From: Ferruginibacter sp.
GTDB lineage: Bacteria; Bacteroidota; Bacteroidia; Chitinophagales; Chitinophagaceae
Length of the DNA: 54,070 bases
NCBI GenBank assembly: GCA_044238165.1
Contig: JBIIDU010000001.1
Location: 1-54,070 of the forward strand
Direction of reading: 5' to 3'
A program made the translations under genes and the position numbers. The notes beneath the pieces were generated by a model. The model saw nothing but the letters and a program-made list of their open reading frames with translations. It searched no databases and had not been told where the DNA came from. Positions within the stretch are counted from its first letter, which is position 1. The number at the start of each line of letters is the position of its first letter. Shown one piece after another: positions 1 through 9,287 of the stretch.

Positions 1-45
1 AAAGGGGAACAGGCATATCCGGAAGTTATTTTAGCTCTTGATTTA

Positions 46-77
46 CAAAATTACTGAAGCATCCGCCTGCAGCCAAT
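46..77 (-). promoter_or_regulatory. Putative Bacteroidota sigma-A promoter for a gene leaving the window (ATG at 16, MPVPL...)
   Basis: Minus strand TAATTTTG (46-53) matches TAnnTTTG, with a TTG 20 nt upstream; lies just past the terminator at 75-102. Confidence 0.45.
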
Positions 78-102
78 AAAAAACCGGAGTGCTGAGCTCC
101 GG
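75..102 (-). terminator. Rho-independent terminator after the PglF-like gene
   Basis: CCGGAG-N7-CTCCGG stem (84-102) followed on the minus strand by TTTTTTATT. Confidence 0.7.
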
Positions 103-137
103 CTTCTGTTTATTATTGTTGGTATACGTCCCGGCAA

Positions 138-2039
138 TCAGACAATTTTATCGGAGCTGATGGTTTTTTTCGGCCTGTTGACCGCGTGATTGAACTCGGG
201 CAGCATCTCCCCAATCAACCGGGGAATCATCTCATTCTGATGCGCCAGCGATAATTCATGAAGCTCGTTAAGCAGCCTGTAGAACTCGGGGTTGGTTTCC
301 TCAGCTTTTTTGGCCCGAAGAATTTTCGGATGGTCGGTTTCAGCAAACGCTTCCGTATCCTTAAAGAGCTCCTCGTACATTTTTTCTCCCGGCCTTAACT
401 GCGTCGCTCTGATTTCAATATCCTTACCGGGTATGAAGCCCGCGAGCTGTATCATCCTGGTTGCCAGGTCGATTATTTTTACGGGTTCGCCCATATCAAA
501 CAGTAGTATGTCGCCAGAACGGCCGATTTTTCCTGCCTCAAGCACCAGTTTGGCAGCCTCGGGAATGGTCATGAAGTAGCGGGTGATATCGGGGTGGGTG
601 ATCGTGACGGGCCCCCCTTCGGCAATCTGCTTCTTAAAGGTGGCTACCACCGAACCGGCCGATCCCAAAACATTGCCGAAGCGCGTTGTGATGAACTGGG
701 TACTGGATTCAATCTGGTCGTTGAGTGACTGGATATAGATTTCGGAAATACGCTTGGTGGCACCCATGACATTCGTAGGGTTCACCGCCTTATCGGTGGA
801 AACCAGTACGAATTTTTTGACCTTATAGGCAGCAGAAAGGTCTGCGATGGTTTTGGTTCCGAAAATATTGGTCAGCACCGCCTCGCTTGAGAAAAACTCC
901 ATCAGCGGCACATGCTTGTATGCCGCCACATGGAACACGATGTCGGGATGATAGGCGGCAAATACCTTCTTGACACGCTGATAATCACGAACGGAAGCTA
1001 CTTCAACCCGCAGGCCTTTGGACATGCCTTTCTGCAACAACTCGTACTCGAGGTCGAAAAGACCCGACTCGGACTGATCGAGCATGATCAGCGTCTTGAT
1101 GTTTTGCTTAATCAATTGCCGGCAGATTTCGCTGCCGATGGATCCGGCGGCACCGGTTACCAATACGGTCGCCTGGGGATAGTCATTTTCAGAACGGTCA
1201 ACCGGAAGTACAATCTCATCGCGCTGCAGCAACTGCTCAATATTCATTTCCTTTACCTGGTTCTTCTGGAAAAGGCCACGGTTCCACTCGTTGGTGTGCG
1301 GCACCACATTGATTTTTACCTTATAAGGTGCGCAGGCATCGGAAAGAGCGATTTTCCGGTCAACCGACAACTTGTCGATGGCGATGTAAATCTGGGTGAT
1401 GTTCTTTTCTTTGATAATACGGATGAGGTCCTCCCCTACGGCATTATAAATAGGCAGGCCCTCGATTTTCTTTCCAATCTTGTATATGCTGTCGTCGATG
1501 AATCCTACCAGCGAGGCGCTGACCTTGGGATCCTGTTCCAGCACTTTCTTAGTGATCTGCCCCATCATTCCCGCACCGAAAATCAGGGTCTTGTTGCTGG
1601 AATCTACCGGACCGGATATGGCACGGAAATAAACCTCCTTTACCACCAGGCGAAGAGCCGCCAGCAGGAAAATGACTACAAACATGTTCACCAGCAGCAT
1701 CGGTAACGTCACACTGCCAATAAACACCTTGTTGACATCAGTGGTGAAAGCCACGGTCCAGATGGCAAATTGCAGAAACGCGAATTTGATGATCCGTATG
1801 ATGTCTTTGAGCTCCGAGTAGCGGATGATGCCCTTATGGATGGCGAAAACGGACATGCTGATAAAACTTATGAGTATATTTACCAACAACCCGGGCATGA
1901 ACTTGATCATATCGGGCAGGTCTACCGACAAATGGTGAATAATCAGGAAAGAGAGGGAAAATGCCAGGGAAACCAGCACCAAATCGATGCAGAAGATGAT
2001 CCACCTGGGAGCAAAGTTTTTGAGGTAACGATTGGGCAT
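138..2039 (-). CDS. Membrane-bound UDP-N-acetylglucosamine 4,6-dehydratase (PglF/WbpM/CapD family)
   Basis: 633 aa; four N-terminal TM segments, GAGMMG, TGAAGSIG Rossmann motif, HVAAYKHVP, STDKAVNPTNVMGATKR, TRFGNVLGS, LRPGEK. Confidence 0.92.
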   Translation of the reverse strand: MPNRYLKNFAPRWIIFCIDLVLVSLAFSLSFLIIHHLSVDLPDMIKFMPGLLVNILISFISMSVFAIHKGIIRYSELKDIIRIIKFAFLQFAIWTVAFTTDVNKVFIGSVTLPMLLVNMFVVIFLLAALRLVVKEVYFRAISGPVDSSNKTLIFGAGMMGQITKKVLEQDPKVSASLVGFIDDSIYKIGKKIEGLPIYNAVGEDLIRIIKEKNITQIYIAIDKLSVDRKIALSDACAPYKVKINVVPHTNEWNRGLFQKNQVKEMNIEQLLQRDEIVLPVDRSENDYPQATVLVTGAAGSIGSEICRQLIKQNIKTLIMLDQSESGLFDLEYELLQKGMSKGLRVEVASVRDYQRVKKVFAAYHPDIVFHVAAYKHVPLMEFFSSEAVLTNIFGTKTIADLSAAYKVKKFVLVSTDKAVNPTNVMGATKRISEIYIQSLNDQIESSTQFITTRFGNVLGSAGSVVATFKKQIAEGGPVTITHPDITRYFMTIPEAAKLVLEAGKIGRSGDILLFDMGEPVKIIDLATRMIQLAGFIPGKDIEIRATQLRPGEKMYEELFKDTEAFAETDHPKILRAKKAEETNPEFYRLLNELHELSLAHQNEMIPRLIGEMLPEFNHAVNRPKKTISSDKIV

Positions 2040-2133
2040 CGGTTGCTATTGAATAGTTTATCGAGAATGCCTGTCCAGCTTCACACGGAGGATAAACGCT
2101 TAACGGAGGATACGGAAACTGACAAGTTGTTAA

Positions 2134-2141
2134 CAAATTTA
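2134..2141 (-). promoter_or_regulatory. Putative -7 promoter element for the PglF-like gene
   Basis: TAAATTTG on the minus strand, downstream of a strong terminator and ~95 nt before the ATG; overlaps the palindrome TTGTTAACAA (2127-2136). Confidence 0.5.
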
Positions 2142-2185
2142 AGAGAAATTATCGGTTTCCTGCCGATTTCATTCAGCTAATTTCA

Positions 2186-2224
2186 AATAAAAAGCCGCCC
2201 GGCATAACCGGGCGGCTTTTTATT
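2186..2224. terminator. Strong, potentially bidirectional Rho-independent terminator
   Basis: Perfect 17-bp inverted repeat AATAAAAAGCCGCCCGG-cataa-CCGGGCGGCTTTTTATT just after the stop of the aminotransferase. Confidence 0.9.
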
Positions 2225-2246
2225 AAATTTTTTTTAATCCTTTATG

Positions 2247-3380
2247 TTAAAATAACTTTTTTATTTCATTTATAACCATTTGTATTTCTGAATCTTCAAG
2301 ATTGCTTCCCGAAGGCAAACAAAGGCCATCATCAAAAAGGCGGGAAGCTACCTGCCCAGGTCCATAATAGGGATATTTACTGAATACGGGTTGCAGATGC
2401 ATCGGTTTCCAAAGCGGCCGGCTTTCAATATTGAGGTTTTCCAGATGCAGCCGGATCAATTCCCTTGTAACGCCTCCCCGGGTTTTGGAAGGATCTACAA
2501 GAATGGTAGTGAGCCAGCGGTTGCTGAAACTGCCTTCCGGTTCTGGCAAAAAGGTAATACCAGGCATATTTCCCAGCTCAGAGAAATACCGTGCATGGTT
2601 TTTCCTACGCTGTTCCACCCGATCCTGCAAAACCTCCATCTGCCCCCTACCGATTGCCGCACACACATTGCTCATCCGATAGTTGTAACCGATATGTGAA
2701 TGCTGATAATGGGGCGCATTGTCGCGGGCCTGTGTGGAAAGAAAACGTGCCTTTTGTATTTTTTCTGAATCGGCAGACAACAAAGCTCCACCTCCTGAGG
2801 TGGTGATAATCTTATTTCCATTGAACGAAAGCACACCAAAAGAACCAAAAGAACCACAGGGCTTCCCATGATAGCTGGATCCCAGGGCTTCCGCGGCATC
2901 TTCTATCACCGGTATTCCATATTCATCGGCTATGGCCATGATTTCATTCATCCGTGCCGGCATACCGTAAAGATGGACAGGGATGATGGCCTTGGGCATT
3001 TTCCCCTTGTCTCTCCGGTCGAGAATTGCAGCACGCAGCGAATCGGGGCACATGTTCCATGTTTGGAATTCAGAGTCCACAAACACAGGTGTTGCGCCCT
3101 GATAAACGATGGGATTGGCAGAAGCCGAAAAGGTGAAACTCTGACAAATGACCTCGTCACCCGGACCTACGTCAAGCAGTATAAGGGCGAGATGCAGGGC
3201 GGCGGTTCCGCTGCTCAGCGCGGCCGCCGCAGCTATACCATTGAAGGCCATCAGATCTTTCTCAAAACCATCCACATGAGGACCCAGCGGGGCGATCCAG
3301 TTGGTATCGAAAGCTTCTTGAACGTACTTGATTTCATTACCTCCCATGTGCGGGGAAGAGAGCCAGATTTTTTTATTCAT
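2247..3380 (-). CDS. DegT/DnrJ/EryC1/StrS PLP aminotransferase, PglE/EpsN-like (UDP-4-keto-6-deoxy-GlcNAc 4-aminotransferase)
   Basis: 377 aa; KIWLSSPHM, SSGTAALHLAL, IEDAAEALGS, SFNGNKIITTSGGG, GYNYRMSN, GLCLPSGS. Confidence 0.9.
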   Translation of the reverse strand: MNKKIWLSSPHMGGNEIKYVQEAFDTNWIAPLGPHVDGFEKDLMAFNGIAAAAALSSGTAALHLALILLDVGPGDEVICQSFTFSASANPIVYQGATPVFVDSEFQTWNMCPDSLRAAILDRRDKGKMPKAIIPVHLYGMPARMNEIMAIADEYGIPVIEDAAEALGSSYHGKPCGSFGSFGVLSFNGNKIITTSGGGALLSADSEKIQKARFLSTQARDNAPHYQHSHIGYNYRMSNVCAAIGRGQMEVLQDRVEQRRKNHARYFSELGNMPGITFLPEPEGSFSNRWLTTILVDPSKTRGGVTRELIRLHLENLNIESRPLWKPMHLQPVFSKYPYYGPGQVASRLFDDGLCLPSGSNLEDSEIQMVINEIKKLF

Positions 3381-3467
3381 GAAACAGCGTATTAGACAAT
3401 GAAAACAATGTGTCAGGTTAGGAGGAAACCCGGCGAAAGTTATTGCTCAATAATGCCTGCCCCCTCC

Positions 3468-4238
3468 TCAGGAGGGCATCAGGTAATTTTTTAGATAACC
3501 CAGATATTCGTGCAATACCAAGTCAGACAATTCAAGATTTTCCAGCTTGGGCATCCACTTGAACAAGGACTCTCTCCCGCCCTGCGGCACCCGAAAGTTG
3601 GTTGGCGCCGGAATCGGCCTGAATCCGTATGAGGAAAAAAAACGAACAGCCCGTGGCATGTGCAATGCGTCGGTTACCAGAATCAGGTTGATATCGGTTC
3701 CCAGTAGTTTCGCCAGGTCACGGGCTTCCTCCAACGTAGTTGCCGGTGTTTTTAGTGCCGTAGTATTGACAGAATCGGAGCCCAACTGCAAAGCGGCAAG
3801 CCGGGTGGTTTCCGCCTGCGACGAAACCCCTACCATCAGTCCGTTTCCGGAACACATAAGCAGACTTCCCGGAATCATTTTCTGGATCCGGATGCCCTCG
3901 GTCAGCCGGCCCAGCGAAGCGAGTGCAAGTTTTCCGGTGGCCGGAAGCCTCGTATCGGCATTGTATCCGGCCCCCAATACATGAATGACGGTGCGGGAAC
4001 GGGATGGCCTGAACGAATCGATTTGAAAAGGAATATTGCCAACCTCGATGCCCCTGGCAAGATAGCGGGGGAAAAAAGAAGTGGAAAAAAGAAAGAATAA
4101 AAGGGCGAACAGGGAAAATGACGCTGTTCGTAGCTTTCTCTTCCCGCGATAGCTGCCCCAGACTCCGACCAATGCCAACAGGAGCAGCAGGCTCAATACC
4201 GATACCTGCTGCTTGATTGAGAATAATAGATACTCCAT
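3468..4238 (-). CDS. YdcF/ElyC/SanA (DUF218) family membrane protein
   Basis: 256 aa; two N-terminal TM helices, VLGAG, RLTEG, TTLEEA, LVTDALHMPRA, PAPT, HEYLG. Confidence 0.85.
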   Translation of the reverse strand: MEYLLFSIKQQVSVLSLLLLLALVGVWGSYRGKRKLRTASFSLFALLFFLFSTSFFPRYLARGIEVGNIPFQIDSFRPSRSRTVIHVLGAGYNADTRLPATGKLALASLGRLTEGIRIQKMIPGSLLMCSGNGLMVGVSSQAETTRLAALQLGSDSVNTTALKTPATTLEEARDLAKLLGTDINLILVTDALHMPRAVRFFSSYGFRPIPAPTNFRVPQGGRESLFKWMPKLENLELSDLVLHEYLGYLKNYLMPS

Positions 4239-4258
4239 CTGATGGCTTCTCCGGATGT

Positions 4259-5329
4259 TCAGGCTTCCTCTCTTGTCAGCAGATCCGATTCCTTCATCAT
4301 CACCGGAACCGCGTCGACATCCCGCAAAAAGATAGTGCCGGGTTCAAATTGATACATGTTATAACTGTAGTCAAAGTTCGGATCACCGGCCAGCAGCCGG
4401 ATTGTATCGGAAGCAAAGTTGGCGCCTCCGGCTGCAAAGCATTGGGTGAAAGCCACATGGCGTACATTGATTTCCGTTATATACGGTTTGCCGTCGGCAT
4501 CCTCCTTGAAATCGGCAGTGAAGAACCCGTGTTTTCTGGCTCCGCTCTGACTGAACAAATGGTCCATTGCCCGAACGGCGACCTCCACCAACGCGGGCTC
4601 ATTCAGCAGGCGCCCGAAAGAGGTGTTTCCGGTTATGCCCGACGGTGCCACTTTCGACATGATATAATTGACCCGCTCACCACAGGCGGTCCGCAACAAA
4701 TGGCCCTCATGATAAAGCATCTTACAGGCCAGATTCCTTCCCGGAAGAAACTTGCTCGCAAGAAAATGGCTGACCCCGGGATTGATCTGTATCCAGTTAC
4801 GCAGCGATTGCTCGTCATGCACTTTCAGCGAGCCCAGCCCGCTTGTACCCGAACTGCTTCTCACCCAGAACGGAGCATCAAGCATGTTGAAAACAGCGTC
4901 AAAGCCTGATTGCCGGGCCTCAAAAGATACCGAGGGGGGCACGACTCCCAGCGGCTCGAGCAGGGCGGTCATTTTTCCCTTATCCACCAGCAATTCGGCG
5001 ATGGAGGGATCAGGTAACAACACTTTGCAGGGAAGCTCATGCGTCTCTTGTCTCCTGCTCCAGACCATCACTTCCAGTTCAGGCAGGATCACCGCCATAT
5101 CAATCTGATTTTCCCGGACAATCTTTTCAAGTACCGGCCAGTAATCGGTATCCGTTGCGCGGGGAACCACATAGCTCTTGGAAAACAACGATGGCTGATA
5201 CAATCCTATGGACAGGGGATTGATGTCGGTTGCAATTAGTTCGGCATCTGAAAAAGTACTGTATCGTTTGAGTGCGATGGCGAAACTGCGGGGGGTGGGT
5301 CCGCCAACGCCGGTAATCAAAATTTTCAT
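4259..5329 (-). CDS. ATP-grasp fold ligase (carbamoyl-phosphate-synthase-like)
   Basis: 356 aa; MKILITGVGG, pre-ATP-grasp domain, DKGK, SGTSGLG, FLPGR, DFKED..GKPYITEINVR. Confidence 0.75.
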   Translation of the reverse strand: MKILITGVGGPTPRSFAIALKRYSTFSDAELIATDINPLSIGLYQPSLFSKSYVVPRATDTDYWPVLEKIVRENQIDMAVILPELEVMVWSRRQETHELPCKVLLPDPSIAELLVDKGKMTALLEPLGVVPPSVSFEARQSGFDAVFNMLDAPFWVRSSSGTSGLGSLKVHDEQSLRNWIQINPGVSHFLASKFLPGRNLACKMLYHEGHLLRTACGERVNYIMSKVAPSGITGNTSFGRLLNEPALVEVAVRAMDHLFSQSGARKHGFFTADFKEDADGKPYITEINVRHVAFTQCFAAGGANFASDTIRLLAGDPNFDYSYNMYQFEPGTIFLRDVDAVPVMMKESDLLTREEA

Positions 5330-5369
5330 TGTCTATGATTTTTTAAAACAGTATACCTCCGACTGCCGT

Positions 5370-6374
5370 TCACAGGTACTTTTCCAGCATCGGCTTCAGT
5401 CCTTTTTTTGCGGGAAGTTGCCACAACAATTTGCACCAGTCGTGGTTACCCTCAATCAGCTCGGGACCCTGCTGCGTGATAGCCACATCCCAGCCGATAG
5501 AGCGGTTTCCGGTATCGGTGACCGCCGCCTGTCGGATCATGGCAAGGGTTTCTGGCCAGAAAGGAATCTGGAAGCCCTCCAGCACTACACCCGTTACCGG
5601 ATGCGCAGCCACGTCAGGCAGCGTGATATCGCTGTAAACACCGGGGCCGTTCACCTTGCCGGTTTCCGGATCCACTGAAGCGGCAATATTTCCCGCGGCC
5701 AGGTTGTCCACAACAGAATTCACAGTGATGCGCAACCGGACGCCGAGTATTTCCGGTTGATCCTGGCGGTTCAGTTGGGTAACTACCCTTACCGTGTTGA
5801 GGCCCGAAGGAGAAAGGCGGTTCAAGGCTTCATGCTGCCGGATGAACTCCTCCACATAATCGTTGCCCGACGCTTCCAGCCGGCTCAGGAGGGCATCCCG
5901 ATCGAGTCCATCCGTTTCAACAACCTCTATCCCTCTTCCGCACTGGCCGTCGGAGGACTTCAGCACCAGTTTCCCGGAAGGCGTTTGCAATAACCGGTCG
6001 GCCTTCTCCGGATGCTGCTTGAGCTCGGAGAGGGACGCATATCCATGATGGACGAATGAATGGTAAACCTGCAGGAACAGAACTTTGTCCGACAGCTTCT
6101 TTCGCACACCGTGTGGATTCATCTTCAGTTGGTATTCATACATGAAGCCCGTTCCTGCATAAGTGAGCCGTTCTGCATGACCAATTTCGAAGAAGCGGAA
6201 CTGGAAATATTCGAGCAAGGAAATATTGTAACGGATCGAGCTCCGGAACATGTCGAAATAGATGTACGCAGCCGACCATCCGGTTCGTGCACGAACATGA
6301 CCGACAAACTTGCTTAGTTTTTTCCGGTCAAGCTCCCGGAGGTAATAGCCGATGTATGCGATTCGTTTCAGCAT
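5370..6374 (-). CDS. Sugar-transfer-associated ATP-grasp protein
   Basis: 334 aa; LSDKVLF, LKSSDGQCGRGI, EEFIRQH, LNTVRVVT, VDNLAAG, HPVTG..FQIPFW, IGWDVAIT..GPELIEGN. Confidence 0.82.
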   Translation of the reverse strand: MLKRIAYIGYYLRELDRKKLSKFVGHVRARTGWSAAYIYFDMFRSSIRYNISLLEYFQFRFFEIGHAERLTYAGTGFMYEYQLKMNPHGVRKKLSDKVLFLQVYHSFVHHGYASLSELKQHPEKADRLLQTPSGKLVLKSSDGQCGRGIEVVETDGLDRDALLSRLEASGNDYVEEFIRQHEALNRLSPSGLNTVRVVTQLNRQDQPEILGVRLRITVNSVVDNLAAGNIAASVDPETGKVNGPGVYSDITLPDVAAHPVTGVVLEGFQIPFWPETLAMIRQAAVTDTGNRSIGWDVAITQQGPELIEGNHDWCKLLWQLPAKKGLKPMLEKYL

Positions 6375-6976
6375 CAGTTGTTTCCATTGAAGGGTTCCAT
6401 GGGCCGGCTATCACTTTGATTGACTCCTTCCCGGCGAATTACTTTTTGCAAAGTAAGCAGCAGGATGCGCATATCCAGCCAGAATGAACAATGTTCCACA
6501 TAGTGGACATCGAAAGCAAACTTCTCTGTCCAGGAAATACTGTTCCTTCCATTCACCTGTGCCCAGCCGGTAATTCCGGGGCGCACATTGTGCCGCAGCA
6601 CCTGCTTCCCTGAATAAAGCGGAATATATTTGAACAGAAGCGGCCGTGGCCCTACCAGGCTCATGTCGCCTATAAGCACATTGAACAACTGAGGCAGTTC
6701 GTCAAGCGAAGTTTTTCGAATCAGATTGCCCAAAGGTGTCAGCCGCTCGATGTCGGGCTTCAGATTGCCCGAAGCGTCTCTCCGTTCGTTCATAGACCGG
6801 AATTTGATGATGTGAAAGGGTCGCTGGTTTTTCCCGGGACGACGTTGCAAAAAAAACGGTTTGCCGCTGTTTTGAAAAAACAAGAGCAAGGTAGCCAGTA
6901 TCAGCACAGGCGACAGGACGGCAATCAGAAGCAAGCTCACCAGCCTGTCGGCAAAACTTTTAATCAGCGGATACAC
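6374..6976 (-). CDS. Initiating sugar-phosphate transferase (PglC/bacterial sugar transferase family)
   Basis: FFLQRRPG, KFRSM, RKTSLDELPQLFNVLIGDMSLVGPRP, RPGITGWAQVNGRN; likely GTG start at 6976 (ORF track gives 7012). Confidence 0.9.
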   Translation of the reverse strand: MYPLIKSFADRLVSLLLIAVLSPVLILATLLLFFQNSGKPFFLQRRPGKNQRPFHIIKFRSMNERRDASGNLKPDIERLTPLGNLIRKTSLDELPQLFNVLIGDMSLVGPRPLLFKYIPLYSGKQVLRHNVRPGITGWAQVNGRNSISWTEKFAFDVHYVEHCSFWLDMRILLLTLQKVIRREGVNQSDSRPMEPFNGNN

Positions 6977-8201
6977 GTGAAGCACTGTTTGTGGAGCCCA
7001 GAAAAAAATCAACCAGGCGTCCGTAAACCACCCGGGAGTCGCCCTGTGAGCGCGTCAAACGGAGGGCATTGTCGCGGTATCGTTGCTGCAACCCCTTATC
7101 GAGGTAAAGCCTTTCAATGTTTTCAGCAAGCTGAATCCCGTTGCCGGGTTCGTTGAAGAAGCCGACTTGGTTATCGAGGATGATGTCCTTCATTTCACTT
7201 TCCAACGAGTTGAATATGGGCAAGCCGCAGGCCAGCAAGTCAAACAACTTGTAGGTAACCGACTGGCTGGCTCCCTTGATGTGCTGGGTAAGCCCCGCAT
7301 CGGAAAGATAATACTGCCGCATCAGTTCCTGCTTGCTCAGCCGCCCCAGGTAAACCAGATTACCGTGCGCCTGTTCATATTCCTTTATCGATTCTGCCTG
7401 CGGACCGGCCCCGGCAATCAAGAACCGGATTGCCTGACCGTACTTTCTTTCCAGCCATCCGGCGGCCTGCAATATGGCAGGAATGTCGTAAGAGCTGGCT
7501 AGGCTGCCGGCGTAAATGACACAAAAAGGGCTTTCATCTTTTAATCCCGATTGAGCAGCTTCTTTCAACTGCCGCTGCATTCCTTCAAAATCAACTGCCG
7601 GATAAAAGCAGTCGGCAGGGTACAATTCGGAATTGTATTTCCGGGCCCAGTCGATATATTGGCGGGAAATAGCCGTTACCCCATCAACAGTTTTGAACAA
7701 GGTCCGCACCTTTCGCTCCATGGGAAACAGCAACGCGTTCTGAACGAAAGCGGGTAATGAACGCAACGGCTTTCGGAAAATATCCGGCCAGGGGTCGATG
7801 ATATCGATGAAAACCGGAATCTTTTGCGACCGGGCCCAGATTGCCGTACTGAAGGCCAGCGAGATGGGCGGGAATGCCACCAGTATTCGGTCCGGCTTTT
7901 CGTATTCGGGGAAAGCGGATACCGCATCCCGGGCAAACTGCCAGTGGGCGCTCATGCGTCTTACCGAAATATTTTTCCGGTATGCCGCTGACTTTATATA
8001 AACCATGGTAAAGCCCTCTTCTACGGAAATCACCGTGGTTTCGGAATAGCGTTGGTTCTTGGTATTGTGCTTGAATGTGCTGGCGAAAAAAGTAACGGTA
8101 TGACCCCGGCGCAGCAATTCACGGGCAATACACTGGAACCGGGTGTCGGTCACCTTGTCTACAGGAGTTTGTTCGAATATGGATACCAGCCAGTAGTGCA
8201 T
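6960..8201 (-). CDS. Glycosyltransferase family 4 (GT-B)
   Basis: RGHTVTFFAS, DIIDPWP, YAGSL, KLFDLLACGLPI; start taken at ATG 8201 (MHYWLV). Confidence 0.82.
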   Translation of the reverse strand: MHYWLVSIFEQTPVDKVTDTRFQCIARELLRRGHTVTFFASTFKHNTKNQRYSETTVISVEEGFTMVYIKSAAYRKNISVRRMSAHWQFARDAVSAFPEYEKPDRILVAFPPISLAFSTAIWARSQKIPVFIDIIDPWPDIFRKPLRSLPAFVQNALLFPMERKVRTLFKTVDGVTAISRQYIDWARKYNSELYPADCFYPAVDFEGMQRQLKEAAQSGLKDESPFCVIYAGSLASSYDIPAILQAAGWLERKYGQAIRFLIAGAGPQAESIKEYEQAHGNLVYLGRLSKQELMRQYYLSDAGLTQHIKGASQSVTYKLFDLLACGLPIFNSLESEMKDIILDNQVGFFNEPGNGIQLAENIERLYLDKGLQQRYRDNALRLTRSQGDSRVVYGRLVDFFLGSTNSASRVSAD

Positions 8202-8217
8202 TCCGGAGGATTGAATC

Positions 8218-9267
8218 TTATGAACGCCGCGACATCGCTTCATGGATCTCCTCGAAGGTGGTCTGCAACGATTTTGTGATGGTCCAGGCGGGATAATGCG
8301 CCTTCATTTTACGCAAGTCGCTGTAGTAGCAGATATGATCGCCGATACGGTTTGTTTCGTTGTAGGAGTACTTCATCTTATTCCCGCTGATGTTTTCGGA
8401 AATGGCAAAGGCCTCCAGAATGGAACAGGTATTCTCTTTTCCGCCTCCCAGGTTGTACACCTCCGCAATACGGGGAGCGGCAATGAACTCTTCTATGAAA
8501 CGGGCCACATCAAAGGAATGGATGTTGTCACGCACCTGCTTGCCTTTGTATCCGAAAATGGTATAGGGGCGCTCCTCGATATTGCACTTCACCAGGTAAC
8601 TCAGGAAACCGTGCAACTCAACCCCGCTGTGGTTGGGACCGGTAAGGCACCCCCCGCGCAAGACACAGGAAGGCATGTTGAAGTAACGGCCGTATTCCTG
8701 CACGGATATGTCGGCCGATACCTTGGATGCGCCGAAGAGGGAGTGCTTGCATTGGTCAATGCGGAAATCTTCGGCAATTCCGTGCTCATAGCGTTTATCG
8801 GCATAATCCCAACGTGTTTCCAGCTCCACCATCTCAATCTCATTGGGAGCATCGCCATATACTTTGTTGGTGGACATATGCACAAAAGGTACTTCGGTGC
8901 TGTAGCGACGGGTGGCCTCGAGAAGATTGAAGGTTCCAACCGCATTGGTATCAAAATCATCAAACGGAATAGAAGCAGCCCTGTCGTGGCTCGGCTGTGC
9001 CGCTGTATGCACAATCGCATCCGGACGGACTGCCGCTATCAGTTCGATGATGCCCTGACGGTTCCGGATGTCGATTTCATGATGCTGATATCCCCGGATG
9101 GATTCCTCCAGCCGGTGTTGGTTCCAGCGGGTATCGCCACTGGGACCGAAGAAGATGGCCCGTTGATTGTTGTCGAGTCCGTGCACCTCCCAGCCCAACT
9201 GGCCGAAATGTACACATACTTCAGAACCGATCAGACCGGATGAACCGGTCACCAGAATTTTTTTCAC
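8218..9267 (-). CDS. NAD-dependent sugar epimerase/dehydratase (CDP-paratose 2-epimerase-like SDR)
   Basis: 349 aa; [35 protein letters not shown]. Confidence 0.85.
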   Translation of the reverse strand: MKKILVTGSSGLIGSEVCVHFGQLGWEVHGLDNNQRAIFFGPSGDTRWNQHRLEESIRGYQHHEIDIRNRQGIIELIAAVRPDAIVHTAAQPSHDRAASIPFDDFDTNAVGTFNLLEATRRYSTEVPFVHMSTNKVYGDAPNEIEMVELETRWDYADKRYEHGIAEDFRIDQCKHSLFGASKVSADISVQEYGRYFNMPSCVLRGGCLTGPNHSGVELHGFLSYLVKCNIEERPYTIFGYKGKQVRDNIHSFDVARFIEEFIAAPRIAEVYNLGGGKENTCSILEAFAISENISGNKMKYSYNETNRIGDHICYYSDLRKMKAHYPAWTITKSLQTTFEEIHEAMSRRS

Positions 9268-9287
9268 TGCTTTCAGTTTGATATGTG

